From: a virus
Taxonomy: Duplodnaviria; Caudoviricetes
IMG/VR virus record: IMGVR_UViG_3300006922_000083
Location: 1 to 34,116 of that record
DNA: 34,116 nt
Reading direction: 5' to 3' (one strand)
Numbering within the stretch: position 1 is the first letter of the stretch; each line of letters begins with the position of its first letter. Shown here piece after piece: positions 9,322 to 20,233 of the stretch. The notes beneath the pieces are model-generated. The model searched no databases. It saw only the letters and a list, made by a program, of their open reading frames with translations, and was not told where the DNA came from. A program made the position numbers and the translations under genes.

Positions 9322-10389
9322 ATGTATTTAAACGATTTAAACTCAGCTGCCCATAATGTAGAAAAAATTAACAAGGTTCTAGCGAATACGTTTGGACATA
9401 GTGTTAATATTTCTGAAATGAGCACAGATGCATTAGGACGTATGCTAACAGCAACTAATGCAAAAATTACACAAATTAAAGAAAGCAACAGTGCGTATTG
9501 GGAAAACCCAACGTACAATAAACTAAACTTAATCCAACATTCATTGCGCACATACATCAATGAAGTTGCACCAACACGTAACGATGGTAAGAAAATGAAA
9601 GCTAAAGTTAAAGAATCAGCAGAACTAGAGCAAGCAGAAGTAATGCTAGCTGCACAAGAGTTAGTTGATGAGCTACAAAAAATGGTTGAAAACTTAGCAG
9701 GAATGCAAGTACAAAAACTTATGCCAATTGTAGATGCAATGAAAGAGCAAGTAGGTTTTGAACAAGCTGAAGCATATAATGCTAATGTAGATGCGGCACT
9801 AGGCACTTTACTAGACGCTTCAAAAGCAACAAAAGACGCTGTTGAAAATGCAACAATGGCGGCACGTGGTGAAGCACCAGCTGCTGCACCAATGCCAACA
9901 GACATGGCACCAGCACCAGAACTAGACGGCACTGATGTAGACATGGGTGACGACGAATTTGGTGGTGACGATGCTGCTGCAGGTGACGACAACCAACTTG
10001 GTAGAGAACTAAAAGGTGAAAGTGCTCTAGCTAATATGGAGAAGGGTGCGTTAGCCGAAAAAAAGTTTCTAGAGAGTAAAGACAAGCTCTTTAAAATGGT
10101 CGAAAGCGGAACTATGTCACATGATCAGTTTATTAATATCATTAATGAATTAAGTAGTGGTACACCAAGTGTACGTATTGATCAAGATCCAAGTGAATAT
10201 GGTAACACTGGCAAAGACTATAGGACTATGCCGTACAATCCAATGCCAAAACAAAAACCTAAAGTAGGAATGCCTGCAATGAAGAAACCAAGAAGTGCAG
10301 GCGGTTTACAAACAATGGAATTGAGACCAGGTGATGCAGGACACAGTGCCACAATGGGTATGATTAATCGTATGAGGAATGCCAAGTAA
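9322..10389 (+). CDS. hypothetical protein, possibly prohead core/scaffold-like
   Basis: Helical Glu/Ala-rich region and acidic low-complexity linker; TAAATA and GGGGA SD upstream; function is inferred. Confidence 0.7.
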   Translation: MYLNDLNSAAHNVEKINKVLANTFGHSVNISEMSTDALGRMLTATNAKITQIKESNSAYWENPTYNKLNLIQHSLRTYINEVAPTRNDGKKMKAKVKESAELEQAEVMLAAQELVDELQKMVENLAGMQVQKLMPIVDAMKEQVGFEQAEAYNANVDAALGTLLDASKATKDAVENATMAARGEAPAAAPMPTDMAPAPELDGTDVDMGDDEFGGDDAAAGDDNQLGRELKGESALANMEKGALAEKKFLESKDKLFKMVESGTMSHDQFINIINELSSGTPSVRIDQDPSEYGNTGKDYRTMPYNPMPKQKPKVGMPAMKKPRSAGGLQTMELRPGDAGHSATMGMINRMRNAK

Positions 10390-10703
10390 TGGTTATTAGT
10401 GAAGTTATCACAGAGGGACAGGATTTTGTACTCAATGGCATTGAAGAACTTATTGTTCGTGCCAAAGCACGTGGTATGACTTCACTAAAAACACCAGTCG
10501 TACAGGCAAAACTAGAAGCTAGTGGTTATTTTGTAGATATAAAATCACTAGTACGTATGTTAAACAGTATTGATGCCGTTGGCAGTGCTAACCGTGAAGA
10601 AATTAAATTAGACTCAGCTCTACCCGTTGACGCTGAAAAAGATGACGACACAGTTAGTAAAATGGCATCAAAACAACTTGCTAGAAAAGAGAAGAAACTA
10701 TGA
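10389..10703 (+). CDS. hypothetical protein
   Basis: Coupled ORF starting MVISEVITE. Confidence 0.8.
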   Translation: MVISEVITEGQDFVLNGIEELIVRAKARGMTSLKTPVVQAKLEASGYFVDIKSLVRMLNSIDAVGSANREEIKLDSALPVDAEKDDDTVSKMASKQLARKEKKL

Positions 10704-11041
10704 GCTTAAATTTTAATGCACAACAAGCCAGAAATTTAGCAAGAGCTGACCTTACTATTTTTAATGAGTGTTCAGCAATCATGAATCAGATTATCCAGGA
10801 TGCTGGAAATGGATTGTACCAAACTATTATTAGTGATGGTACAACGATGACTGAGAGTGACCCAACACCAACTGCTGATGCACAGGCATTTTTCAGTGTA
10901 TGGCAAGGTGCACTTAGTAATACTGCCAAATTGGATCAAATGAAGCAAGTGTTGGCCTATTTTGAGCGTTTAGGATATACTATATCACGCCAAACAAATA
11001 CTGGCACAAATACTACATTTAAATGGGTAATCGACTATTGA
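10700..11041 (+). CDS. hypothetical protein
   Basis: ATGA-coupled ORF, 113 aa. Confidence 0.8.
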   Translation: MSLNFNAQQARNLARADLTIFNECSAIMNQIIQDAGNGLYQTIISDGTTMTESDPTPTADAQAFFSVWQGALSNTAKLDQMKQVLAYFERLGYTISRQTNTGTNTTFKWVIDY

Positions 11042-11066
11042 CATTGTGACCAATTAGTGTTACACT
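11038..11066 (+). promoter_or_regulatory. sigma70-type promoter (predicted leaderless)
   Basis: TTGACA-17nt-TACACT; ATG follows 6 nt later with no SD. Confidence 0.7.
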
Positions 11067-11072
11067 GTACAA

Positions 11073-11747
11073 ATGTTAAATATTACCACACCTTATCCTT
11101 ACAAAGAATTTAAACGCAAGAGTGTAAACGGTAAACGTTTATACGAGAACCCATATGGCGAGCCAGTGCCTAGTGTAACAACTATACTGGACAAAACAAA
11201 GCCATGGGAAAAGCGTCAAGCACTCAACAACTGGAAAAAACGAGTTGGAGAAGCGAAAGCACAACAGATAACAACCGAAGCCGCTGGCGTAGGTACTGTT
11301 ATGCATGAAATGTTGGAAGCCTGGAGCCTCAATGAGGAATACACAGGCAAAACCTTACTGCAAGCCAAAATGATGGCTGAAACAGTTATTAAAAACATTG
11401 AATCTGATGTAAATGAAGTATGGGGTAGTGAAGTTAACTTGTGTTACCCTGGCTTATATGCAGGTACTACTGATTTGGTTGGTATGTATAAAGGACGTCC
11501 TACAATCATGGACTTTAAACAAACTAACCGGCCCAAGAAACGTGAATGGATCGACGATTACTTCCTTCAAGCGGCCGCATATGGTATGGCACATAATGAA
11601 ATGTTTGAGACTAAAATTGAACACGCTGCAATCTTTATGTGTAGTAGAGAATGTGAATGGCAACTATGGGAGGTAGGCCCAGAAGAGTTTAAAGAATGGG
11701 AAGAAAAATGGGCACAACGAGTTGCTGAGTTTTATAACCTGTCATAA
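11073..11747 (+). CDS. PD-(D/E)xK exonuclease
   Basis: PSVTTIL, GTxxH, YAGTTDL, IMDFKQ, LQAAAY. Confidence 0.88.
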   Translation: MLNITTPYPYKEFKRKSVNGKRLYENPYGEPVPSVTTILDKTKPWEKRQALNNWKKRVGEAKAQQITTEAAGVGTVMHEMLEAWSLNEEYTGKTLLQAKMMAETVIKNIESDVNEVWGSEVNLCYPGLYAGTTDLVGMYKGRPTIMDFKQTNRPKKREWIDDYFLQAAAYGMAHNEMFETKIEHAAIFMCSRECEWQLWEVGPEEFKEWEEKWAQRVAEFYNLS

Positions 11748-11770
11748 ATACATTATAGAGGAAACAACCC

Positions 11771-12433
11771 ATGGCAGACACACGAATTAGTAAAATTAAA
11801 GTAAGGCAAGGCAACTTTGCAGATTTGCCTATGCTTGATCCTGGCGAAGTAGGATACGCAACAGACGACCAGCGTTTGTTTATTGGAAACACAACTATTA
11901 ATGTAGGTACAGGTAATGGTGCACTTACACAGTTTGTTGTTCCAAACACGTTACCCTATCCAAATGGCGTACTAGCAGTATTTGTTGACGATGTACAAGT
12001 AAATGCCGCTGATTATGACATTATAGGAACCACACTAACGTTTGCATCAGCACCAACTGGTGTTATCACTGTAAACTTTAATAGTGAAATCGTGTTAGAC
12101 CGTCATGAAACATTTCCACGTAGTATTTCCTTATCTGCAAACGGCTCAAATGCCGCAACTGGGTTTAGTATTGATACGTTACAATACAATGTTGTAATAA
12201 TTGATTACACACTGGAAAGTGCAAACGGTGTACGTGTTGGCCAAATCAGAATGGCAACAGATACTAGTGCAAGTACTAGTGCAATTGATGACAACTATAC
12301 TGAAACAGCAACAGTGGATATAGTTTTCGGTGCGGATATTAGTGTAGCAAATAAACTTCGGTTGATGTACACTGATAACGCAAATATTATAACAAAATTT
12401 AAGTATACATATCAACTTTGGAACAGCAATTAA
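11771..12433 (+). CDS. virion structural protein (Mtd-N-like N-terminus)
   Basis: IKVRQG...LPMLDPGEVGYATDDQRLFIG; beta-rich, Thr-rich. Confidence 0.7.
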   Translation: MADTRISKIKVRQGNFADLPMLDPGEVGYATDDQRLFIGNTTINVGTGNGALTQFVVPNTLPYPNGVLAVFVDDVQVNAADYDIIGTTLTFASAPTGVITVNFNSEIVLDRHETFPRSISLSANGSNAATGFSIDTLQYNVVIIDYTLESANGVRVGQIRMATDTSASTSAIDDNYTETATVDIVFGADISVANKLRLMYTDNANIITKFKYTYQLWNSN

Positions 12434-12870
12434 ACCATCGAGCCTGGTATGAATCACCTAGCAAGCGATTGAGCATGTGGCGTGAGTTCAGAAATGGCTT
12501 AGATACAAAAAATACCGTTGAGGTGTGCGAAACTGTCATTAAATGGTGGATTAGTGCACCCTTAGTAAATATTGCCATTGATCCTGTCAATAGTGATCAG
12601 TGGCCAACACCGTGGGAAATGTTACATCAGGGAGACTTTTGTAACAATAGTTTAGCACTAGGAATGGCATACACTATATACTATGCCAATCCAGATATTG
12701 AAAATGAACTAGTTTACATTACTTGTCCTGATACAAGTGTGCAAAAACTTTGTGCATTAATAGACAATAAACACTTGCTTAACTTTGATCATGGCCGTAT
12801 AAGTACATTACCTGATGAAAAAAAGTGTTTCATCAGTTACCGATCTAAAGTTAAAAACATAGTCAAATAA
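12418..12870 (+). CDS. hypothetical protein, possibly transglutaminase-like Cys protease fold
   Basis: WPTPWEMLHQGDFC resembles the W.TP.E...GDC motif; start uncertain. Confidence 0.55.
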   Translation: MEQQLNHRAWYESPSKRLSMWREFRNGLDTKNTVEVCETVIKWWISAPLVNIAIDPVNSDQWPTPWEMLHQGDFCNNSLALGMAYTIYYANPDIENELVYITCPDTSVQKLCALIDNKHLLNFDHGRISTLPDEKKCFISYRSKVKNIVK

Positions 12871-12931
12871 TAATAAAGTGATGACTTTCGAGGAGTCGAC
12901 ACATAGATATAATCGTAAGGACGCAAATAAT

Positions 12932-15250
12932 ATGAGCAACATTCAAGTAACAAAAAGAGATGGAAGTAAAGAGGCAATTGACCTCGAAAAGCTACACAAA
13001 GTAGTATTTTATGCATGTGAAGGCATTAACGGCGTAAGCCCTAGTCAGGTAGAAATGAAAAGTAATTTACATTTTTACAATGGTATTACTACTGGCGACA
13101 TCCAAGAGACACTTATTAAAAGTGCCTCAGAGTTAATTGAAGAAGACACACCAAACTATCAATGGGTCGCAGGACGCCTTATTGTATATCATTTACGTAA
13201 ACAAGTATATGGTAGCTTTGAACCCTGGCATATCTTAAAACTAATTACCCGTAACGTAGATGAAGGATGGTATGATCCAGCATTGCTCACTGATTATACT
13301 GAATCGGAATGGGACGAACTTAATAACTATATTAAACACGATCGTGATCAAGACTTTACATATGCCGCCATGGAACAATGGCGTGGCAAGTACCTTGTAC
13401 AAAACCGTGTAACAGATGTAAAACTAGAAACTCCACAAATGGCATATATGCTAATTGCGGCTACACTATTTGCTTCATACGACAAAGACACAAGATTAAA
13501 ATGGGTTAAGGATTATTACGATGCTATTAGTAACTTCGATATTAGTTTACCTACTCCTGTTATGGCGGGCGTCCGTACTCCACAGAGACAATTTAGTTCA
13601 TGCGTTCTTATTGAAACTGGCGATAGCCTTGATAGCATTAACGCAACTACTAGTAGTATTGTCAAGTACGTATCACAAAAAGCAGGTATTGGTGTTGGAG
13701 CAGGAAGTATTCGTGCTCTCGGCTCCCCCATACGTAAAGGTGACGCATATCATACCGGGGTCGTTCCTTTCTACAAAATGTTCCAGGCTGCTACCAGATC
13801 ATGTAGCCAAGGCGGCGTGCGAAACGGAGCAGCAACATTATATTACCCGATTTGGCATCTCGAAGCAGAAGATTTACTAGTTCTTAAAAACAACAAAGGT
13901 GTAGAAGACAATCGTGTACGTCATATGGATTATGGTGTGCAGTTTAACAAATTAATGTATGAGCGTCTAATTCAAGGCGGAGATATCACACTGTTTTCAC
14001 CTAGTGATGTTCCAGGCCTATATGATGCGTTTTTTGCAGATCAAGACGAGTTTAAACGTCTGTATGAAACAGCAGAGCGCAATACTAGACTACGTAAAAA
14101 GACTATGAAAGCTATTGACTTGTTTAGCAAGTTTATGGGAGAGCGTAAAGACACTGGTCGTATCTACTTGCAAAATGTTGATCACAGTAATGAACATGGT
14201 AGTTTTAAACCACAACATGCACCTATTAAACAAAGTAACTTGTGTTGTGAGATTAATTTGCCAACGAAACCATTGAATGACTTTAATGATCCAGATGGTG
14301 AGATTGCACTATGTACACTAAGTGCTGTTAATTGGGGCAATGTACGTAAACCAACTGACTTTATCCGTATTGGTAAACTAGCAGTACGTGGACTTGATGC
14401 ACTACTCAGTTATCAGAACTATCCAGTAATTGCCGCTGAAATGGCAACCATGGGCAGACGTCCACTGGGTGTAGGTATTATCAACCTTGCATATTGGATG
14501 GCACGTAACAATATGACATACAGTAACCCTAATCTAGCACTAATTGATGAATATGCAGAAGCATGGAGTTATAGTTTAATTAAAGCAAGTGCTGACTTAG
14601 CACAAGATCAAGGTGCATGTTTGTGGAACGACCAAACAAAATACAGTGATGGTATCCTACCTATTGATACATACAAGAAAGATGTAGATGAACTAGTAGC
14701 ACATCAAGAACGTATGCCATGGGCAGAGCTAAGAACACAGTTAGCATCAACAGGTATACGTAACTCAACACTAATGGCTCTTATGCCTGCTGAAACATCA
14801 GCACAGATTTCAAATGCTACAAACGGTATTGAACCACCACGTAGTTTAGTAAGTGTTAAGCAAAGTAAACATGGTGTATTAAAACAAGTTGTGCCTGGTA
14901 TCCATCATCTTAAAAACAAGTATGAACTGTTGTGGGATCAAGAATCTCCAGAGGGATACTTACAAATTATGGCAGTGCTACAAAAATATATCGATCAAGG
15001 AATTAGTGTTAATACAAGTTATAATCCACAGCACTTTCCAGATGAAAAGATTCCAATGAGTAGCATGTTACAGCACTTAATGATGTTCTATAAGTATGGC
15101 GGTAAGCAGTTGTATTACTTCAACACTTATGACGGTGCTGGTGAAATAGATATTGACAAACTAGAACAATCAAGTATAGTGGATAAAAGTCAGGACGACT
15201 TTGAAACACAAGAAGAATATGACGACTACTGCGAAAGCTGTGTAATTTAA
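12932..15250 (+). CDS. nrdA: ribonucleotide reductase class Ia alpha subunit
   Basis: ATP cone VTKRDG, PTP, SSCVL, SNLCCEI, YYFNT, C-terminal CESC; ATG 12932 with AAGGA upstream. Confidence 0.97.
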   Translation: MSNIQVTKRDGSKEAIDLEKLHKVVFYACEGINGVSPSQVEMKSNLHFYNGITTGDIQETLIKSASELIEEDTPNYQWVAGRLIVYHLRKQVYGSFEPWHILKLITRNVDEGWYDPALLTDYTESEWDELNNYIKHDRDQDFTYAAMEQWRGKYLVQNRVTDVKLETPQMAYMLIAATLFASYDKDTRLKWVKDYYDAISNFDISLPTPVMAGVRTPQRQFSSCVLIETGDSLDSINATTSSIVKYVSQKAGIGVGAGSIRALGSPIRKGDAYHTGVVPFYKMFQAATRSCSQGGVRNGAATLYYPIWHLEAEDLLVLKNNKGVEDNRVRHMDYGVQFNKLMYERLIQGGDITLFSPSDVPGLYDAFFADQDEFKRLYETAERNTRLRKKTMKAIDLFSKFMGERKDTGRIYLQNVDHSNEHGSFKPQHAPIKQSNLCCEINLPTKPLNDFNDPDGEIALCTLSAVNWGNVRKPTDFIRIGKLAVRGLDALLSYQNYPVIAAEMATMGRRPLGVGIINLAYWMARNNMTYSNPNLALIDEYAEAWSYSLIKASADLAQDQGACLWNDQTKYSDGILPIDTYKKDVDELVAHQERMPWAELRTQLASTGIRNSTLMALMPAETSAQISNATNGIEPPRSLVSVKQSKHGVLKQVVPGIHHLKNKYELLWDQESPEGYLQIMAVLQKYIDQGISVNTSYNPQHFPDEKIPMSSMLQHLMMFYKYGGKQLYYFNTYDGAGEIDIDKLEQSSIVDKSQDDFETQEEYDDYCESCVI

Positions 15251-15263
15251 AGAGAGAGATAAT

Positions 15264-16391
15264 ATGAGTGTTTTTAATATAAAAAATAGAAGTGACCATA
15301 CAAAAAACTTGGCATTCCTTGACCCGTCAGGTGGTGTAACTATTCAACGATATGATACAATGAAGTATCCTAGCTTTGATAAGTTTACTGACAAGCAATT
15401 AGGATTCTTTTGGCGTCCTGAAGAAGTTGATACTTATCGTGATGGTAAAGACTTCAAACAGTTGACTGATCACGAACAACACATCTTTACAAGTAATCTT
15501 AAAAGACAAATCTTGTTGGACAGTGTACAGGGTCGTGCACCTGCTGAAAGTTTTGGCAGTATTGTAAGTTTGCCAGAACTAGAAAACTGGATTATTACTT
15601 GGACATTTAGTGAAACAATTCACAGCCGCAGTTACACACATATTATTCGTAATGTGTATAATGATCCCAGCATTATTTTTGACGAGCTAATGGACATTCC
15701 AGAGATTATAGATTGTGCTGGAGATATTTCCAAGTACTATGATGACTTGATTGAAAACGCTAGTTATTACAATCTATTGGGCGAAGGTACACATACAGTA
15801 AACGGCAAGAAAGTTGTAGTTGATATGTATGAACTTAAAAAGAAACTATGGCTTGCACTAATGAGTGTAAACATTTTGGAAGGTGTTCGCTTCTATGTAT
15901 CATTTGCATGTAGTTGGGCATTTGCTGAACTTAAAAAGATGGAAGGCAATGCTAAGATTATTAAGTTTATTGCTCGTGATGAAAACCTACATTTAGGATC
16001 AACACAGCTATTACTTAAAACACTGAAAAAAGATGATCCAGCATTTGAACGAATTGCTCGTGAAACAGAAGCCGAATGTATTCAAATGTTTGTTGATGCG
16101 GTAGATCAAGAAAAAGCATGGGCTGAGTATTTGTTTAAAGATGGTAGTATGCTTGGCTTAAACAAAGAACTACTAAGTCAGTATATTGAGCACATTGCAA
16201 TGAAACGCATGAACAATGCAGGGCTACCAAAAATTTATAACCAAACAAGTAACCCATTACCATGGACACAAAAATGGATTGCAGGAGGCGATGTACAAGT
16301 TGCACCGCAGGAAACAGAGATTACCAGTTACATTAATGGTGGTACAAAACAAGATGTAAACGAAGATACGTTTAAAGGATTTAGTTTATAA
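15264..16391 (+). CDS. nrdB: ribonucleotide reductase class Ia beta subunit
   Basis: FFWRPEEV, ETIHSRSY, EGVRFYVSF, DENLH, APQETEI. Confidence 0.97.
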   Translation: MSVFNIKNRSDHTKNLAFLDPSGGVTIQRYDTMKYPSFDKFTDKQLGFFWRPEEVDTYRDGKDFKQLTDHEQHIFTSNLKRQILLDSVQGRAPAESFGSIVSLPELENWIITWTFSETIHSRSYTHIIRNVYNDPSIIFDELMDIPEIIDCAGDISKYYDDLIENASYYNLLGEGTHTVNGKKVVVDMYELKKKLWLALMSVNILEGVRFYVSFACSWAFAELKKMEGNAKIIKFIARDENLHLGSTQLLLKTLKKDDPAFERIARETEAECIQMFVDAVDQEKAWAEYLFKDGSMLGLNKELLSQYIEHIAMKRMNNAGLPKIYNQTSNPLPWTQKWIAGGDVQVAPQETEITSYINGGTKQDVNEDTFKGFSL

Positions 16392-16669
16392 TGATCACAG
16401 TATATAGTAAAAATTTATGCGGCTATTGCGATATGGCCAAGGATTACCTCAAAAAGAACGGATTTGAGTTTGAGGAAATTAATGTAGAATCGAATCCAGA
16501 TGCACGTGAGTTTCTAATTACAGAAGGTCATAGAACAATGCCACAGATTTATCATGATGGCAAATTATTAGTAGAAGGCGGAGGTATGGCGTTAGTAAGA
16601 TTACAACCCCAAACTGTACGTGAACTCATAGGAGAAGTAGACTTAAATGTTAGTAATTTCAAACTTTAA
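16391..16669 (+). CDS. glutaredoxin
   Basis: CGYC, RTMPQI, GG; follows nrdB. Confidence 0.9.
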   Translation: MITVYSKNLCGYCDMAKDYLKKNGFEFEEINVESNPDAREFLITEGHRTMPQIYHDGKLLVEGGGMALVRLQPQTVRELIGEVDLNVSNFKL

Positions 16670-16952
16670 AAAAGGTGACATTATGACTATTAAATGTAGT
16701 ACTGGCGAAGAAGTCGTTACTAGATTTGATTCAGATAATGATAACGAACTAAAAGTAGTTAAACCAACAGTACTTACGATTAATCCAAATGATGGCAAAG
16801 CAATGCTCATTCCTTGGCTTATGAGTATTGATACAAAAACAAATGAACCAGTTATTGTTTCTAAAACACAAGTACTGGCTATTACAAAAACTGAGAAGAG
16901 CTTGGCTGACGGATATATACAAAGCACTACTGGTATCCAATTGGCACTTTAG
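16647..16952 (+). CDS. hypothetical protein (beta-rich, possibly Sm-like)
   Basis: 101-aa ORF with GGAG upstream; overlaps glutaredoxin by 23 nt. Confidence 0.75.
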   Translation: MLVISNFKKGDIMTIKCSTGEEVVTRFDSDNDNELKVVKPTVLTINPNDGKAMLIPWLMSIDTKTNEPVIVSKTQVLAITKTEKSLADGYIQSTTGIQLAL

Positions 16953-16969
16953 TTGCAATAAATACGTGT

Positions 16970-17269
16970 ATGAACTTTGTACACAGAAATAATGACAAGA
17001 GACTATGTGGAGCATCAACTAGAGCCACAGTCAATAATGTTAGAGTAAACAATCAATTTATTAGTACAGAGGGCGACCCCAACACACATGGAGGGGGCGC
17101 TCTTCAAGCCACTGCAACTAGTGGTAGAACTCGTGCTGGCGGCAAACCTATTATCATTTTAAATGATCCTGCATCACGTGATAGTTATTGCGGACGACCA
17201 GGTTATGGTCCTGAACACTGTGGACCATCAGCAACAAGTGCAAGCGGCGATGTAAGAGCCGGAGGGTAA
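16970..17269 (+). CDS. PAAR-like spike tip protein (T4 gp5.4-like)
   Basis: Small and Gly-rich with repeated VRVNN / GKPI...D units and His/Cys ligands. Confidence 0.7.
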   Translation: MNFVHRNNDKRLCGASTRATVNNVRVNNQFISTEGDPNTHGGGALQATATSGRTRAGGKPIIILNDPASRDSYCGRPGYGPEHCGPSATSASGDVRAGG

Positions 17270-17270
17270 C

Positions 17271-19814
17271 ATGGTAGACTTTACTGATTTTAAAAATGGA
17301 TTACAAGATGCTAATGAGTATCTAGATACTAAACACCATCTTAGTGGCACATCAGCACTGGGCAATAGTAATCTACGAGCAGTAGCACAAGCAGAATATA
17401 GTTTTACACTACGTGAATTACTATGTGGTGTGCTAGGCGGCAATGGAATAAAACTTCCAAACATTCAAATATGTATGAGTGCAAATATCAATGCACTACT
17501 TGGCATCCCAAATTTACAAGCTGAACTTTTCGATGCACTAACACAACTAGATGGTGCAATGAACGACTTTATGGATCACACCAAGTTAGACAGTGTACTT
17601 GGACGTCTTAATGGTGTATTAGCAGAAGCACAAAACGTTGCTAACATGATTAATTTTTGTAGTGCACCTGTTGATCCTATTGCTATTCCAAATATGTTGG
17701 AACGAGCAATGGGTAGTTTTCTTGGTGCTGGTAAAAACTTAATTGACCAAGTTGGCAGTATTGTGCCTGGTCAAGTGTGTGCTTGTATAGGCACAGGTGG
17801 ATTTAATGGTAATGTATTTAATGGCGGCATCTTAGGCAACATTGCTAATAACATTGATAACATCAACGCAGGATCGCTTGGTCAGAGCGTCTTAGACAGT
17901 ATCAGACAAGATATTCAAGGTGTTAGTGAAGGCATATCAAATTTAATTAATTTTGAGAATAACATTAATGGATCATATAGTTTAGGCGGAAGCCAGTTTG
18001 CTACACCTGATCCAAGTTGTAATAGTGGCGTTGGTGTTATGCATAACCCGCAAAACGGCAGTATTGCTGCTAATGCAAGATTAGCATCAAGTATGAAAGG
18101 TTTATATGATAAACTTGCTGGATATCCAGTTACATATAGACCAGGAACTTCTCTTGGTGGATCAAACGGCAGTGTACCAATTAGTGCAAGTAACCTCGAT
18201 GCAGATAGTTCACAACCAATTGAATATGAAAATATATTTAAACTACTGTTTGACGATGACTTCTTAACGTTATTAGATCAAGCAGATGACCCACAAAGTA
18301 ATGTAGATAATCAGATACCAGTATACGATTATTGTGGTACAATTATTGGTTATACCACAAATGTAGTACAACGAGAAGCACAACAAAGTGCAGGCAGTGA
18401 TCCAACAATACCCAATAGCCCAGGCTACTTGGCAGGTGGATTAAACACTAGTGACGGTAACAATGCAACTAATTCAGAAACAGTAGCACAAGGTAGTATT
18501 ACTGTTAACCAAGGAAGTGGTGCAAATGTCTATTTGGTCAATAGTGAACAAGCACAGTTAGCATTACAGACAAATACAAATGACTTGGTTGTAAGAACAG
18601 ATATCTTAACTATATTTGCACGTTTAGATACCAGTGTATACAATCTTGGTACTATGCTAGATTACCAACAGAGTAGTGTAACATTTACTGCATTTGGTAA
18701 AAATGTAAACGAATTAACTGGTGCTGGATTTGTAGCAAAAGACGGTACTGTGGCAGTTGCAAGAAGTATACAAGGCACAGCTAACCAAATAACAGTGTTC
18801 AATGGAAATGGTGCTGGTGGCAATCCAATTATTGGAATTGCAGATAATCCGCAACTGCCTGGACAAGGAAGTGTTCGTGTTCCAAATGGTAACGGTTCTG
18901 AAAGATCTAATTTACCTCAAGGAGGTATGGTACGTTATAATAATGACTCACATGAAATAGAAGTATACTATGCTGACATAGGAATGTGGAGAGACATTGC
19001 AACGATTAATGATGTTACAGTGCAAACTGGCGTCAATATCAATATTGGGTCTGGTGCAGAAGTTTACAAACAAAAGAACACCAATAACGAGCAAGAGTTT
19101 AGAAAATTAAATGCCAGTGGCGGTGTAACAGTTACACAAAATGCTGATGATATTACTATTGGTGATGTAATTACAATGAGTAATCAAGCAACTGGTGCAC
19201 AAGTGTTTAAACAACGAACCGCCAATGACTTTGAATTACGTACACTAAAATCAAGTGGTGGTGGAGTAACAATAACACAAGACACAAACGACATTGATTT
19301 AAACATACCAGGTGTTGCTAGATCAACATTAACAACTACTAATAATTCGTCCACTCCAGTTACATTCAACGGATCAGAATTATCTCCAGACACAAATAAA
19401 TCCTGGTTCTTTAAAATATATGTACTAGCAGGTCGTGGCACAACTAAGCGAGCCTGGCAACTTCAGGGAGTGGTACAAAACGATAGTATTACTGACGATT
19501 TTGTTGGTGATGTAAGACGTATTGATTATCAACGTAATACTGGCGAAGCATTTATAACACCTTGGAACTCAGGTTCTGGATATCCTGTTGCAACACAAGT
19601 AGAACACGATTTGATTATCTATGAATCAAACACAATTATTTCTAGTGGAAGTACTAGTAGCTACACTTCACCAGACAGCAATGGAGATTGGACTGTAACA
19701 GACGCTGGCTGGAATGCCAGTGTAATTATTAATAGTAATGCTATGTCTATTAGAGTACGTGGTGATTCACTTGCTGTAGACTGGAGTATTAAACTAGAAT
19801 ATGTTGAATTATAA
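17271..19814 (+). CDS. large virion structural protein (baseplate/tail-associated)
   Basis: 847 aa, G/N/T-rich, with internal repeats; follows the PAAR gene. Confidence 0.7.
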   Translation: MVDFTDFKNGLQDANEYLDTKHHLSGTSALGNSNLRAVAQAEYSFTLRELLCGVLGGNGIKLPNIQICMSANINALLGIPNLQAELFDALTQLDGAMNDFMDHTKLDSVLGRLNGVLAEAQNVANMINFCSAPVDPIAIPNMLERAMGSFLGAGKNLIDQVGSIVPGQVCACIGTGGFNGNVFNGGILGNIANNIDNINAGSLGQSVLDSIRQDIQGVSEGISNLINFENNINGSYSLGGSQFATPDPSCNSGVGVMHNPQNGSIAANARLASSMKGLYDKLAGYPVTYRPGTSLGGSNGSVPISASNLDADSSQPIEYENIFKLLFDDDFLTLLDQADDPQSNVDNQIPVYDYCGTIIGYTTNVVQREAQQSAGSDPTIPNSPGYLAGGLNTSDGNNATNSETVAQGSITVNQGSGANVYLVNSEQAQLALQTNTNDLVVRTDILTIFARLDTSVYNLGTMLDYQQSSVTFTAFGKNVNELTGAGFVAKDGTVAVARSIQGTANQITVFNGNGAGGNPIIGIADNPQLPGQGSVRVPNGNGSERSNLPQGGMVRYNNDSHEIEVYYADIGMWRDIATINDVTVQTGVNINIGSGAEVYKQKNTNNEQEFRKLNASGGVTVTQNADDITIGDVITMSNQATGAQVFKQRTANDFELRTLKSSGGGVTITQDTNDIDLNIPGVARSTLTTTNNSSTPVTFNGSELSPDTNKSWFFKIYVLAGRGTTKRAWQLQGVVQNDSITDDFVGDVRRIDYQRNTGEAFITPWNSGSGYPVATQVEHDLIIYESNTIISSGSTSSYTSPDSNGDWTVTDAGWNASVIINSNAMSIRVRGDSLAVDWSIKLEYVEL

Positions 19815-19832
19815 ATAAATGTAAGAAAACAC

Positions 19833-19861
19833 TTGACAAGTGAGTCGTTTTGCCGTATATT
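19833..19861 (+). promoter_or_regulatory. sigma70-type promoter
   Basis: TTGACA-17nt-TATATT. Confidence 0.7.
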
Positions 19862-19942
19862 ATACAAAGTAATAGGTTATGGTAAGACGTCATGGCAAAA
19901 AACACTGTAACTTAACGATAGGCAAACGAAAGGCAAAAAATT

Positions 19943-20233
19943 ATGAGATCAAAAGACACTGGCAATGGCCGTAAAATTATGGCAAAAGTAGAAGTACCCT
20001 TAGGGGTGGATGACATTACATTATACGCATTAAGATATCTTGCTGAGATTGGCGACAACGATCCACGAGAAACAATATTATCCAGTAACAAGCGTGAAAT
20101 ATTTGGATATGCAAAACGTGCAATATTTTTGCATGGAGCAAATGAACCCAAAAATTATGTTACACAAAAACTTAATGGACAAGTAAAAGTAATACGAAAA
20201 ATTGTAGATTATAAATTTCCGGAATGTGATTAA
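19943..20233 (+). CDS. hypothetical protein
   Basis: ORF behind a promoter, coupled to the next gene. Confidence 0.75.
   Translation: MRSKDTGNGRKIMAKVEVPLGVDDITLYALRYLAEIGDNDPRETILSSNKREIFGYAKRAIFLHGANEPKNYVTQKLNGQVKVIRKIVDYKFPECD

Noticed and set aside
9315-10085. 256-aa - strand ORF and other antisense ORFs (e.g. 26134..26685)
   Set aside because: They mirror well-supported + strand genes, are Ser/Ala-rich shadows and lack expression signals
11073-11747. Cas4 as part of a CRISPR system
   Set aside because: Lacks the four-Cys Fe-S pattern and any CRISPR context; fits a stand-alone phage exonuclease
12932-16391. Intron or intein in nrdA/nrdB
   Set aside because: Both ORFs are continuous and of normal length
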